A stretch of DNA of 64,000 nucleotides from the NCBI GenBank assembly GCA_951406725.2, contig OX597820.1:46624001-46688000 (forward strand), read 5' to 3'. The notes beneath the pieces are model-generated. The model had not been told where the DNA came from, made no database searches, and saw nothing but the letters and a program-made list of their open reading frames with translations. Position numbers and translations under genes: made by a program. Positions within the stretch are counted from its first letter, which is position 1. Each line of letters starts with the position of its first letter. This document shows positions 25,036 to 38,307 of this stretch, in pieces. This DNA is from Octopus vulgaris. Lineage: Eukaryota.

Positions 25036-25977
25036 GTCCATAACCCGTGGCCTTCTACATGGGATGGAGCCAGCCTACGTATGCATACCTTCCCTTCTTG
25101 GGACACAAAACTCTACTTGTGAAGACCTGTTGAGGCAAGTGAGGATCAGAATCGAAATCGATCAATGGAAATTGCAGATGTGTTACCAGTGTCGGTGGCA
25201 TGTCGAAACTCTACTTGTGAAGACCCGTTGAGGCAAGTGAGGATCAGAATGGAAATCGATCAATGGAAATTGCAGATGTGTTACCAGTGCCGGTGGCATG
25301 TAAGAGAACCTTCCGTTTCGCGACCGTTGCCAGCACCGCCCTGTTTCGTGTCCGTTGCCAGCCTCGCCTGGCCCTCGTGCCGGTGACACATAAAAAACAC
25401 CATCCGTTCGTGGGCGTTTGCCAGCCACGGGTGGCACGTAAAAAGCACCCACTACACTCTCAGAGTGGTTGGCGTTAGGAAGGGCATCCAGCCGTAGAAA
25501 CACTGCCAGATTTGACTGGGCCAGATGAAGCCTTCTGGCTTCACAGACCCCAGTAGAACCGTCCAACCCATGCTAGCATGGAAAACGGACGCTAAACGAT
25601 GATGATGATGATATATATATAAATTTAAAATGAGGGTGAAAAATTGGATATTAATTTGATTAGCATCAATTTAAAACCAGTGGTTTAGCATATTAAAATC
25701 TGAAGGTTCAGAAAATTGTATTATATACAAATGAGAGGAGTGACCACTATGTGGACAATCCTTATGCTAGAAGTAGATCCACTATGGTTTTACCATGTAA
25801 GCAAGCAAGACAAATGAAAAGTAACAAAAATATATTATTGTTACTTTTCATTTGTCTTGCTTGCTTACGTTCTGGTGTTTGCTAAATTATCTTGAGAACA
25901 TTTCTTAGTGGTAAAACATAGCAGATCTACTTCTAGCATAAGGATTGTCCACATAGTGGTCATCCCTCTCATATGTG

Positions 25978-26014
<37 letters not shown>

Positions 26015-26105
26015 TCATGTAAGACAAAGCTAAAAATAGAAAAAGATGGAGATGGAGGTTTAAATCTGCAAACAAAGAAAATATGAAAGAAGCGCCTGTC
26101 CTTAC

Positions 26106-26263
26106 ATGTCCTTGGGTAGTCTTACCAAGTAGCCGTTGGTAATTGCAGACTTGCCAGTACCAGTGGGACCAACCAGTAATAGTGGTACCTCATGAGACAG
26201 GAATGTGTTGAGGAAAAACTGTTGAAATAATGTCTCAGTGGTTGGAATAATCAGTTCACTGAC
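26106..26263 (-). CDS. DNAH3: DNAH3-like exon 13 (AAA3 Walker A)
   Basis: VSELIIPTTET...PLLLVGPTGTGKSAITNGYLVRLPKD+AT; 158 nt; not in the ORF track. Confidence 0.95.
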
Positions 26264-26357
26264 CTAAACAATAAAGTTAAACACTGTTTTACCATTGGAG
26301 AAGACTGTGAGGGGAGAAGGAAACATGTGAGGAGAGAGGAATGATGATGATGATGAA

Positions 26358-26391
<34 letters not shown>

Positions 26392-26817
26392 GTGATGGTG
26401 ATGGTGGTGGTGGTGTTGGTGGTGGTTTGTCAAAGTATTGTCCTTAAAAGGTTAATACCAGTGTTTTTCATAGTATTGAGACTCTGAAGGTTGAAAAGAA
26501 AGGAGACAGTTCAACACCACAGTAAAAAAGATTTATATAGATGCAAACCCAATATACCTTCTCATTAATGATGAGGTTGGAGAGAAAGTTTTTTTAGATT
26601 TTTTCAGAATGGTGGGAACTGGAATTTTTGTTTGAGAAACATTGGTTAAGACCACACCTCAACACAAGCCCTTAAAAAGCCCTTCATTACTAAATGGATC
26701 ATTATTTTAACCAAACTAGGAAGGATAAACAGATGTAAACTTATTATAAAATATACAAAGAAAAGCAAAAACAATTTTTTTTAAATTTGAGGCTAAAAGA
26801 AAACGATTCTTAATTAC

Positions 26818-26943
26818 CTTGGCATTTGAAGGGATTGACTGCACTCCTTTGTCTTGGGTATCCATCCAGCTTACCCAGTTACCAGAACCCTTTTTCTCAA
26901 AACAATATTCAAACACTGTTCCTCTTTCAGGGAATGCATTACT
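26818..26943 (-). CDS. DNAH3: DNAH3-like exon 12
   Basis: SNAFPERGTVFEYCFEKKGSGNWVSW...IPSNAK; 126 nt. Confidence 0.93.
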
Positions 26944-27019
26944 CTGTAAAAGATTACAAGAAATAGATCATAGGGTGTACAGTGGAGATAGCAAGAATGG
27001 AATCAATCAATTTCATAGA

Positions 27020-28290
27020 GGGGTTGCAAAATTCATCCCTATTATAAGAAAGTTCTTGAGGAATTTTAAATTTTGGTTTTAAATGATGCATTTTCAAATT
27101 AATTTTTGTTAAATTACTTTGACTTTATATATGATTTTAAAGCTTGTTTTCATTCTATCTAATCGTGTTACTCTTTTTCTTTTTGAATAATTAGGCCATT
27201 TTTTCTGGAACGTTGAATGGACAAAAAGCAAATTTGCACAATTTTCTTATTCCAGCTCAAGCTAGGCCGAAAAGCTGCTGAAACAGCTCACGATATCAAC
27301 AATGCATTTAGCCCAGGAACCACTAATGAATGTATAGCACAATGGTGGTTCAAGAAATTTTGTAGCAGTGACGAGAGTCTTGAAGATGATAAGCATAGTG
27401 GTCAGCCATCGGATGTTGACAATGATCAACTAAGAGCCTTAGTCGAAGAAAATCCATGCACAACTGTTCGAGAGCTTGCTTCTGGATTAGACGTAATGTA
27501 TATGACAATTTCCAACCACTTGAAAGCGATTGGGAAAACGAATATTCATGAGAAATTGGTGCTCGAATTGAACGACAACCCCAAAAGATGCTGTTTTGAA
27601 GTGTCATCTTCCCTTTTATGCAACAAGAATAACCCGTTTCTCGACCGGACTATGACTTGCGATGAAAAGTGGATTCTTTTACGACAACTGGTGATGCTCA
27701 GCTCAGTGGTTGAACGCCGATGAAGCTCCACGGCACTTCCCGAAGCCAAAGTTGCACCAAAAGAAGGTAATGGTGACTGTTTGGTGGTCTGTGGCCGGTA
27801 TCATCCATCACGGCTTTTTCTTTTTTTTTATCCAGGCGAAACCATTACGGCAGAGAAGTACTGTCAGCAAATGGATGAAATGCATAAGAAACTCCAACAA
27901 GAGCCAGCATTGGTCAATAAAAAAGGACCAATTCTTCTCCAAGACGACCCTCGGCCACATGTCGCACAACTGACCCTGCAGAAGTTGAACGAATTGGGGT
28001 ATGAAACTCTGCCTCATTCGCTATACTCACTCTTGCCTACCGACTACCACTTTTTCAAGCATCTTGACAACTTCATGCGTGAGAAATGCTTCAAAAACCA
28101 AGACGATGCCAATCACACCTTCAACGACTTCATTGCCACCAGAACGCAGGATTTTTACGCTACTGGCATAAATAAACTTGTTTCACGTTGGCAAAAATGT
28201 GTTGATTCTGATGGTGTTTATTTCGATTAATAAAGTTTCGTTTGAGCCGAGATATGTGCATCTGAATTTAAAGGTTAAAAACTGCACAGT
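27020..28290 (+). mobile_element. Near-full-length mariner transposon, frameshifted transposase
   Basis: MDKKQI...TCDEKWIL / KKVMVTVWW / LLQDDPRPH...LPTDYHFFKHLDNF...RWQKCVDSDGVYFD. Confidence 0.9.
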
Positions 28291-28399
28291 GAGAGCTAGC
28301 AGTGACCTTCACAAGGAAGTGTGCAGAGTGACATTGCAGTGTTTACTTTGCAAGTTGTGAAGTTTGTGTTTTCGTGATCTCATGAGTGCTGTAATTTGT

Positions 28400-28840
28400 G
28401 GTTTTTGTCATGGACAGGAAGTTGGAACAAAGAGCCAATGTGAAATTTTACACTTAACTTGTGAAGTCTGGTATAGAAACATTGAGTATGCTTTGGCAAA
28501 CATGCAGAGATGAAGCAATGGGTCATATGGAACGTTTTGAGTGGCAGGAGCACTTCAAAAGGCATGACAGAGCCGCAACTCAATCAAGAGCATGCTTGTC
28601 ATTTTTTATAACATCCATAGTATTGTGCATTGAGAATTCATCCCCTAGGGCCAAATTGTCAATTGAAAGTTCTAGTCTGATGTTTTGAAGCCTTAGAGGG
28701 AGAATATTCGGTGAAAACAACTAGATCTGTGGAGTGCAAAGATTTAGATTCTTCACAATGGCAATACACCTTGTCGTTGAGCTTTCCTTACTTGTGAGTT
28801 TCTCACAAAAAACATGGTATTGCTTTGGCACCCACCCCAT
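28400..28840 (+). mobile_element. Second, deleted mariner fragment
   Basis: MDRKLEQRANVKF...KSGIETLSML HTH-like start followed by degenerate C-terminal pieces. Confidence 0.6.
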
Positions 28841-29456
28841 TATTTAATTAACAAAATTACAACCATAATAACATACATATATACAGTATAAAATTCAATA
28901 CATTTAAGATAAGAATACAAATAGTTATTAAAAAAAACATTAATATAAATTGTTAGAATCATTAAAATCACTTACAGTTGTTTCAGCCTTTGGAAAAAGT
29001 ATCTTTCTGTGCCTATACTTGTCAATTATATTGAGGTTATAGGCAGTTAAAAATGGGGTACTTATATATATCCATAGCCTACATTATATTAATTAGACTG
29101 CAGAAAACAACAGAAAACAGAATTACACAGAAGTATGCTGTTCCTTCATTTCAGGCATCAAAAAAATCAACTAACTGGGTAGAAGCACTGCAAAACAAAG
29201 GTGGCGAGCTGGCAGAACCGTTAGCACGCCGGGCGAAATGCGTAGCCGTATTTCGTCAGCCGTTACATTCTGAGTTCAAATTCCGCCGAGGTCGACTTTG
29301 CCTTTTATCCTTTCGGGGTCGATAAATTAAGTACCAGTTACGCACTGGGGTCGATGTAATCGACTTAATTCGTTTGTCTGTCCTTGTTTGTCCCCTCTAT
29401 GTTTAGCCACTTGTGGGTAATAAAGAAACATATATTAATTAGACTGTCATACTTAC

Positions 29457-29618
29457 CTTGGTGATTTTACAACTTTTAGGTTTTGGATGCTTAGAATCTG
29501 TGCCACTTATAAGGGTCCTGAAGTACTCATCAAAGCTCTTACGAGATTCAGTGGATGTTATGCCTCCAATGGCCCACACCGTACAAAAGAGGAACAGATT
29601 TTGGAGCCAGAGGAATAT
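29457..29618 (-). CDS. DNAH3: DNAH3-like exon 11
   Basis: IFLWLQNLFLFCTVWAIGG...HPKPKSCKITK; 162 nt; SQQ|IFLWLQ matches DNAH3 as I recall it. Confidence 0.94.
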
Positions 29619-31633
29619 CTGAAAATATAACAGTGAGTTAGCAATAAAATGGCGATGGTCCTCCAAGATCATGAATTTTCATGATGTTTTCATTCATTCA
29701 GAAGGTCAACAGTTGTCCTGAACAAGGTTGGTCTCCAAGCAACAAGTGACCTTTCCCAAAGCATGGGAACCACTCATAAACTTGTGTTTTGCTCATGGCA
29801 GTGTCCTTGTAAGCTGTTTGAAGCACGGCAACTGTTTTGGCTGCCATTTTCCCCAGCAGAAAACAGAATTACACAGAAGTATGCTGTTCCTTCATTTCAG
29901 GCATCAAAAAAATCAACTAACAGAGTAGAAGCACTGCAAAACAAAGATGCACCATGTGGTAGTATGACCTTCTGGGACAACACCCGCTGGTACACTGATG
30001 CATGTGGTGGTGGTGGGGGGGGATCAAGTGGCTTCTAGCAGCAGAAGCCTCAACTACAACAGGCTTGTACCACAAAGACCTTTTCCAAGTTACTTCTGTC
30101 AGCTTCATAGTCTACACATGCATGTCATGTGTTAAAATAATCAGAAATGAAAGTAATAAGGATATTGAAAGAGGAGTGAAAAGAAATAATAGAAGAGAAA
30201 CGGAAAAAAGGAAGACAGAGAGAGAAGAAACCAGAAAATGATTGACAGGGAAAGGAGGGGATGGAACTAGGTCACAGTTTTCTAGCTATAAGCCTTAGTC
30301 TATTGTTTCTGTTACTAGGTAGCTGTTACTAGGGTCTTACACCAACCATGCCATAGAGTGGTCTGAGTGCTTTTTACATGGCACCAGCACAGGTGAGGTC
30401 AGTTTTGGCATGGTTTTTTATAGCTGGACGCATCTTCCAAATGCCAACCATTTCACAGTGTGGACTGGCACCAGCACTGGCAGAGTCACGAAGTAACTTG
30501 CAAGACAAGGAATTTTGAGAGGGGCATTGGAGGAGGTAATCTTGTATCAGGTAATGAAAGGTCAGAGTGTAACAGAGAGACAGAAAGGCAGAAGCTGGTG
30601 TCCTGCTATAGAGAAGGTACATGGCTACCCAGCTAGAGAGAGAGAGAAACAGAGAAAGAGAGAGAGGGGGGAAAAGAATGAGAGACAGAGAGCAGGAGAG
30701 AGGAAGAGAGAGAGAAAGGTAACAAGAAAGCAGTAGAAACAGGTGTGCTGATGTAAAGGAGATACTTGGTTACCTAGCGAGAGGGAAGAGTAAGAGAAGG
30801 AGAGAGAGTGTGTGAGACAGCAAAGTATAAGTGAGAGCAGGAGAGAGATGGTGGTGAAATGTCAGGGTATACTTACAAAAAATGGAGATTGGATGTTTAA
30901 AATTAAAATAAAATAGTAAAAAGTAATGGGATTAGAAGTAAAGGAAATGAAACTGCAATACAATAAGGTAAAATAAAATGTATATTTTCTCATTTTATAT
31001 ATATTTATATACAGGGCCAGCCTTCAGCCGATTGGACTCCTTGCTCCCAATCGGTCCTGCACTCAAGAGGCCACATTCTATTCTGCAACATTTTATGAAG
31101 TCTTTTAAAATAATCTACATGGTCTTTCAAAAAAAAAAAAAACATACTTTTTACACTTTCTACACAAGATATCAAAATATAAACCAATTCATCAAAAACT
31201 GCTTCGGTCAGCTGCTGAATTTGAAGAAATTTATTGTATTTTTAGTGTAAGGGTCAATATGTATATTTGTATGTGAATGTTTGAGAGTGTTTATGGGGAT
31301 GTTTGGGTAAAATATTTGTGTGACTTTGAGAGTATGTATGTGGGTTAATTGTATGTATATATGTGTGCATATACTTGTATGTATCAGTTTCTATGAATAT
31401 GTTTAATTTTGGGGAAACCTTTTTTTGATTTCAATAAGGTATATTTTATATATATATATATTTTATATATGTATATAAATTAGAGAAGAACCACCATGTA
31501 GCAATTCAACCATAATATAATAATGATAGAATTAAATCATACCATATAGAAAAAATTAAATATACAATAAAACATATACCAATAATTAAGTAAAGTACAA
31601 AATAATAAATAAGTAGTATATAATTGGTAAAAA

Positions 31634-31714
31634 GATTACACGTGTTTCATGGTTATATTTTCAAACTGATAACAGTAAAATCAATTCAATTTAAATATAG
31701 TCCCTCTTCAGGTC
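31634..31714 (-). ncRNA. Degenerate hammerhead motif related to 35283-35379
   Basis: gac-CTGAAGA-gggactatattt...aaatataaccat-GAAAC-acgt-GTA-atc; mismatches in stems I and II. Confidence 0.55.
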
Positions 31715-31830
31715 CAAGATATGTATGCATGCATGCATGTATGTGTATAGATGTATATGTATATATGTATGTGTATAGATGTATATGTATACATGCATAT
31801 GTATAGATGTATATGTATATATGTATATAT

Positions 31831-31874
<44 letters not shown>

Positions 31875-31875
31875 A

Positions 31876-32410
31876 CTAGCAGAGACACCTGGCATTGCTA
31901 GGGATTAGAATGGCATAGCTTGTATATAATATATTACAGATATGTTGAAACAGGTGATATGGGAAAGTACAGCATTGACAACAAAACATTTGTAGAGTAA
32001 GTGATGGGATAATTCAATTAAGCAACATGCTATGTGTCCGTTTGGAGTATTTCAGGCCCTAACCTGCGGGTGTTATGTGATTTTTGAATGCACCGAGAAG
32101 CTGTCAGTGGATATACTCTCTTTTGCAGCAGTTGGCGCTGTGTCTAACATGACCCATCATCTGAAATGTTGACACCTCCTTCGGATTTGTTTTCCTACAT
32201 CACTCATTAAGTAAATTTGGAGGAACTGTGGTAGTTCATTTGTGGGTAACAGGGAACCAATGAAGTGATAGACTTGCCCTTGAACTTTGACGTCGTAAAT
32301 TCATGTTTACCTATCTTCTTAGATGCACCAAATGATGTTATTTGCAGAGTTATATTGTCTGATATTGTTCAGAAAATCCTTTGACTGGATGGAAATGCCT
32401 TCTAGAAGAT
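31876..32410 (-). mobile_element. Helitron remnant (3' terminus plus Rep/Hel N-terminal coding fragment)
   Basis: Hairpin+CTAG|T at ~31876; frameshifted SKDFLNNIRQYNSA / ITSFGA / KVQGQVYHFIGSLLP..PQFLQIY; a similar plus-strand 3' end at 36941-36970. Confidence 0.78.
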
Positions 32411-33599
32411 CATTTGAAAATTCAAAAGATCTCTAGAAAAGGCAATTTGTGTTTAGCACACCAACTTGGACAGAGTTATTATTTTGATAAGAATGGGATG
32501 GATCATATCTGAAAACATCTTCAGAAGTTGTGAAGAATGTATTTGTACATAGTCTGTTTCTGAGAGCTATTCTATTGGACCTCTGTCTAATCATTAAAAC
32601 ATTGATTTAATGATCCAGCATTAAGTGCTGCAACATGCATTTGCCGATCTTAAGAAAATCTCATCTAGCTTCTCTCTTCAGACTCTCGCCTTCGATTTTC
32701 TACAATCCTCCTTGCTTTATACTTATTTCTGGAGAGATTACGTCTTTTCTTTGGTGGCATATTTTTCTCAATATTGCAAACAAAAAAATTATGAACATAG
32801 AAAGAAATTATACATTAATCCCTATTTTTGTAAGCAGCTGTATCCATAAAAATGTTATTTGAAGAGAGCAGAATTTGAAAGAAGAGAAAGCAAAAAGAAC
32901 ACAGAAAGAAAGTGAAAGATGTATGTACGTCTATATGAAATGAACGTGTGTGTGTGTGTGTGTGTGAGAGCATGCTTGCACCTGTGTATGTGAAAGAGAA
33001 AGAAGGTGAGAAGGAGAGATAGCATGAGGGAGTGAAGGTGTGTGTCATGATGACTGATTTCTTTTAAGGTACACACACACACACAGAAAATGTGACGTCA
33101 TCATATAAAATTTTTATGATAGTTGATTCATGGAAAAGATTGTTAAATTTTTGAAATGCAAATATGTTAATGGAAATTAAGTTTAATTTGTAGCCAAAAT
33201 AGTAATGAATCTTTTGATTCCCTATACATCAAAATCTGTAACTTGGTTCTCCCTCAAAGCACCCTACTGTCTTAATCTGACAATTCTCTTTATTATGTAG
33301 TTTGAATGAAAAACTGTAACTAAAGATTAAGATTATAAACCCCACAGAGAGAGGAAAGAAGAGAGACAGCATAGTGACAGTTTTTGGCTGTCATCCTGTA
33401 TTCCCCTTGCTGCTAAGGAAATGGTATGTGCTGGCTGTCTGAGCAACTGGTTGTTTTAATAGTGGAACAAACAGGACATAAAGATTACAGAAATGACGAC
33501 TTTGAAACTAGCAATTTTGAAAATCTTTTTTAGATTATAAAATGCTCTACTCTCTCATGTATCCATGTTTAAAATTTCAGCACGATCAGATGAACAATT

Positions 33600-34910
33600 C
33601 TCAAGTTGTAAGCACACAAACAGACAGACGTGCGCTTTTCCACGACACTCTACCTGCATCTAATGAGGAGGACTGCTTCACCAACCTGGGCTGCCAACCA
33701 GCCCAGTGGACGCCAGGTCTTGGCCAGTTCCATGCAGTCATCCTTTTGCGGTTGCCTGCAAGTGCACTGTGGACCAGTTTAACTTTTTCAGGCATCCCCA
33801 TCATCTAAACATCTCCCCAGTCGAACTCTTCGCTCTTCGATATCTCCAACACCACACTGACATCATCATAAAACTGGCCGACAAAGCCAAAGCTCTCCGC
33901 CAACTTCAAGACACCTCCTTCTACTGCCCTCTGCTCTTTGACCCACGCCAAGCGACCAACAGACTGTGTCCTCCACTATCCATGACTTCATCTCCTCCTC
34001 CTGTCTCACCCCACTGCCTCCAACTTCATTGTCAGCACCCCTCACACCCCCACTATTTACTTACTCCCCAAAATCCACAAATCTAATAACCCTGGCCACC
34101 CCACCGTCTCCACCTGCAACTGCCCCACCAAACTCATCTCCAGATATCATGACCATGTCCATGTCCCACTAGTGGCTTCCTTCCCCTCTCACATCCATGA
34201 CACCAACCACGTGCTTCGTTTGTTCAACTCTTTCTCCTTCCCATCTGGCCCCTCTAAACTTCTCTTCACTCTTGACATCCAGAGCCTTTACATGGTGATC
34301 CCTCACCATGAGGGGATGCATGCACTCCAACATTTCCTTGACCTTTGACCCAAACACCAACCCAACACATCCACACTCATTCATCTGGCCAAACTTGTCC
34401 TCTCACACAACTGCTTCTCGTTTGCTGGTGATTTCTACCAGCAGTACTCGGGAGTGGTCATGGGAATGTGAATGGGCCCCAACTATACGAACCTATTTGT
34501 TTGCTATGTTGAGGCCCAAATATTCTCAAGTTTCACTGGTCCCACTCCCAAACTATACGGCCGTTTATATTGAAGACTGTATCGGTGCAACCTCACTCTC
34601 CTGCAAACATCTAGACTCCTTCCTCTCTTTTCTCAAATCTTTCCATCCTGCCCTCCACTTCTCCTGCACTATCCCTGATACTTCTGTATCCTTTCTTGAC
34701 ATTTCGGTCAGCATTCATTACTCCACTCTCACCACCTCCATCCACTATAAACACACAGACTCACATTCATACCTCAACTTCTCCTCCTCCTACCCTAAAC
34801 ACACCAAGCTTTCCATTCCCTATTCCCAATTCCTCCATCTACACAGGCTCTGTAGAGACGACCATGACTTTGAGACTTAGTCTCAACTCATGGCTCGCCA
34901 CTACATCCTT
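33600..34910 (+). mobile_element. Penelope-like element RT fragment (degenerate)
   Basis: IIKLADK, YLLPKIHK..PG.P.VS, LFTLDI.SLY..IPH, YIEDCIG, SFLDI, YKHTDSHSYL.FSS.PKHTK.SIPYSQFL.L.RLC across frameshifts. Confidence 0.88.
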
Positions 34911-35282
34911 TTATCACATGATATAAATGGTATATCACATCATGTGATATAAATTGTATATTACATCTAGTTTATTTCTTATTTTCATAGCTAAAATACA
35001 TATTGTTATTTTCACAGCTAAAATACATATCTCTATCAATTTATTCTATAGATTTTTTTTACGTTATGTTTTCACGTGATAACTTTCTTAGCAATGCTAG
35101 GTTCTAAGTTTAACATTTAAAATTTTGGTTAACTGATATTCTTCAATAAGATAAGTTATGATTTTATTTTTCATCAATATTGTTACATTTTATTTGATTA
35201 TTTATTGTTATGATACGTATATTTCTATAGTTATTTGTTAATTATTATATGTTAAGTTACATACATTTATTTTATTATTTTA

Positions 35283-35379
35283 GACCTGAAGAGTGGCTAT
35301 ATTTTTAAATCGAATTAATTTTAAATCAAATTTATTTTAATAGTATCAATTTTATTATAGTCATGAAACACGCGTAGTC
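35283..35379 (+). ncRNA. Type I minimal hammerhead ribozyme with long stem-loop II
   Basis: gac-CTGAAGA-gtggctata...tatagtcat-GAAAC-acgc-GTA|gtc; intact core, 9-bp stem II. Confidence 0.78.
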
Positions 35380-36969
35380 AAGTTAACGTTTATTTAATTT
35401 AGTGATTTTTTAAATAATATTTATTATAGTGTAGCAATAGTTATCTTCATTGCTATCTTCACTGTTTGAGAAAAACATTAGGAATGATCTCGTTTGAGAT
35501 TACAAACATCTTTGGCTAGTTTAACCTTGTTGTTTCCACTGATATGATTGGTTAGCATCTAAGCACGGTATGTCTCTCTACTTATTTCGCCCCAGTGTGT
35601 AAACTGACCAATCACAGCTTTTGGATAGGACCTTTCATTTGAGCCATCTTAACTCCATAAATAGGCTGATTATTTGATGATTCACCATCTTTCGGCTTAA
35701 GACCTTTTAAGGTCTTGGTCGGAGACCACACAGAGCTTACTCAACAATGTTCCAGTTCAAAAGGCAGACGACAGCCAAGCCAACCATACTATGAAGACAC
35801 TATTGCAAACCAGCGTCAGACAGAACGTCATCACCAGCATCATCTCCATCTACGAAGATTTCAACTTGTACACAACAAGATAAATACAGATTCAACTCAT
35901 GCTGTTAGTGTGAAAACCTCACCACGGAAAAACAGTTGCAGTATATATATCTGAAAGAATATCTATATCAAGAGAAAAATATGCACAACAAGTGATTCAA
36001 CTAATCTCCACTCCGAGACTCAAATCTTGTTATAGAACTCATTATCGTGTACTACATGAACTGGTAAAATAACTCTAAAATAACTCCATTTGAACTCAAA
36101 TTGTTGAGACTTCTCTTATGCTCTGTTGTATTCGCATGCACCTTATTCTGTACTTCTGTCGCACACATGAACACACAGACACAAATATTATAAGCATGCA
36201 TTCATGACACAACACTATGCTAATAATCACAAATCACTTTGTACATCATCATCATCTATCTTCTCTTTATAAAAGTAGAACAGTTTTTGGCGTCCTTTAT
36301 TCATTTACTTTGCACTGTATATAAACATGTATAATGGCTTATATATAACATAACATTATGTTATGTTGGAATGCAGCCGTGCGCTGTACAAAAGGAGAAA
36401 TATGTCACCAAACTCCTCACGTATGGTCGTATTCTCACAATAGTGTATTTAAATTTTTCATATATAATATAGATAATGTCTTTCACTATTGAATTACTTA
36501 ATAGAGGTTATATCTCATAATTATATACATATATTATATATTGTGAAATTTGATTTAGAATTGCTAAATTGAATTTTTCCCAGTGCGTTTGGAATTATAT
36601 TCCCTACTATTATATATATATATATATATATATATACAAACATACATTATAGCCTCAGGCCCACCAAAGCCTTGTGAGTGGATTTCGTACATGGAAACTG
36701 TAAGAAGATTGGCATATATATGTGTATATTTGTGTGTGAGTGTGTGTGTTTGTAGCCACACCATTGCTTGACAACTGATGTTGCTGTGTTTACATCCCTG
36801 TAACTTAGCTATTTGGAAAAACACACTGATAGAATAAGTACTAGGCTTACAAAGAATAAATCTTGGGGTTGATTTCTTCGACTAAAGGCCACAGTCACAT
36901 TAACGATACAAGTAAAACAATAAAAATATATGTCATTTTAATCCTGAGCAATGCCGGGTATCGCTGCTA

Positions 36970-37006
<37 letters not shown>

Positions 37007-37009
<3 letters not shown>

Positions 37010-38264
37010 GAGTTGGACAAAATAATGGAAACACCTTAAAATTTCAGACAAATTTATTTTAATATGGGGTAGTACCGCCTTTGGCAGTAATTACAGCTTG
37101 AATTCTACAAGGTATGGACTCGTACAAAGTTTGAATTGTTTACAAAGAAATTTTTATCCATTCTTCAGCTAAAACAGTGTCCAGTTCTTGTAGTGATGGT
37201 GGTAGATGATATCAACTCCTTGTTTTTATAAAATGCTCCATAAATATTCAATAATATTGAGATCTGGGGACTGTGGTGGCCAGATAAGATGATCAACTTC
37301 ACTAGAATGTTCCTCGTGCCATTCAGTAATAACTTTAGCAGTGTGAATTGGTGCATTATTATCCTGAAAGATTGCGTTTCCCTCCAGAAACTCTTTCGCA
37401 ATGATAGGATGAATTTGATTAGATAAAATGCTTAAATAGTCTTGACTATTAATTCTGCCATAAAGTGAAACCATTGGGCCGGCAGCTTTCCAAGATATAG
37501 CCCGCCAGATCATCACAGATCCTCCTCCATGGTTAACAGTTGGAAGAAAGCAGTCTGGGTCAAATACTTCTTTTGGCTGTCTCCACATGTATACTCGGCC
37601 GGTGGTCGGAAATAAGGTAAAAGATGACTCGTTCAAGAAAATAACATTCTTCCACTGCTCTAGGGACCAATTCTGGAGGTTTTTACTCCACTCTAAATGC
37701 TTTGCAACATTTGATTTTGAAAGTAGTGGTTTTCTGATTGCAGCCCTCCCATGAAATCTGGCTTTGTGCAGCTCCCAGCAAAAAGTTTTTGTGGAAACTG
37801 GGTTCACGAGGAGGTCATTAAGTTCTGCGGTAATTTTCGGAGCTGTACTTTGGTGATCCTTTCTAACAACTCACGTAAGAGTCCGACAGTCCCTATCTGA
37901 AAGTTTTAGTTTTCTACCGGAGTTTTGTTTTGATGAGGAGGTTTTTACCACTTTCTCAAAGGCTGTCATTACTTTCGAGACAGTACTTCTTGATACACCA
38001 AACATTTCAGCTGTTTTCGTTACACTAGTGCCTGCCATATGAGCACCAACAATTTTACCTCTTTGAAAGTCTGATAGATCTGTCATTTTAATGAATTTTA
38101 ATTACCTTTTTCCGATGATATCTGTAAAGAAACAGCCATTTTAGCATAACATATTAAGCAACTCTAATAATAAATGAAAAAATAAACAAGCTTTTGACGG
38201 TATAATAGTTATTTCAAAATTATGATGTTATGATGCTAAGTGTTTCCATTATTTTGTATAACCC

Positions 38265-38267
<3 letters not shown>
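37007..38267 (-). mobile_element. Full-length Tc1-like transposon (1261 bp) within (TA)n; transposase disrupted
   Basis: TIRs CAGG.GTT..ACAAAATAATGGAAACAC; MTDLSDFQRGKIVG HTH, NVIFLNESSF, FQDNNAPIH, WPPQSPDLNIIE; stops and frameshift. Confidence 0.93.

Positions 38268-38307
<40 letters not shown>

Noticed and set aside
28965-28995. GAAAC-aact-GTA half-hammerhead on the minus strand (similar at ~55338-55357)
   Set aside because: Only the 3' half is present with no CUGANGA; a truncated remnant at best.
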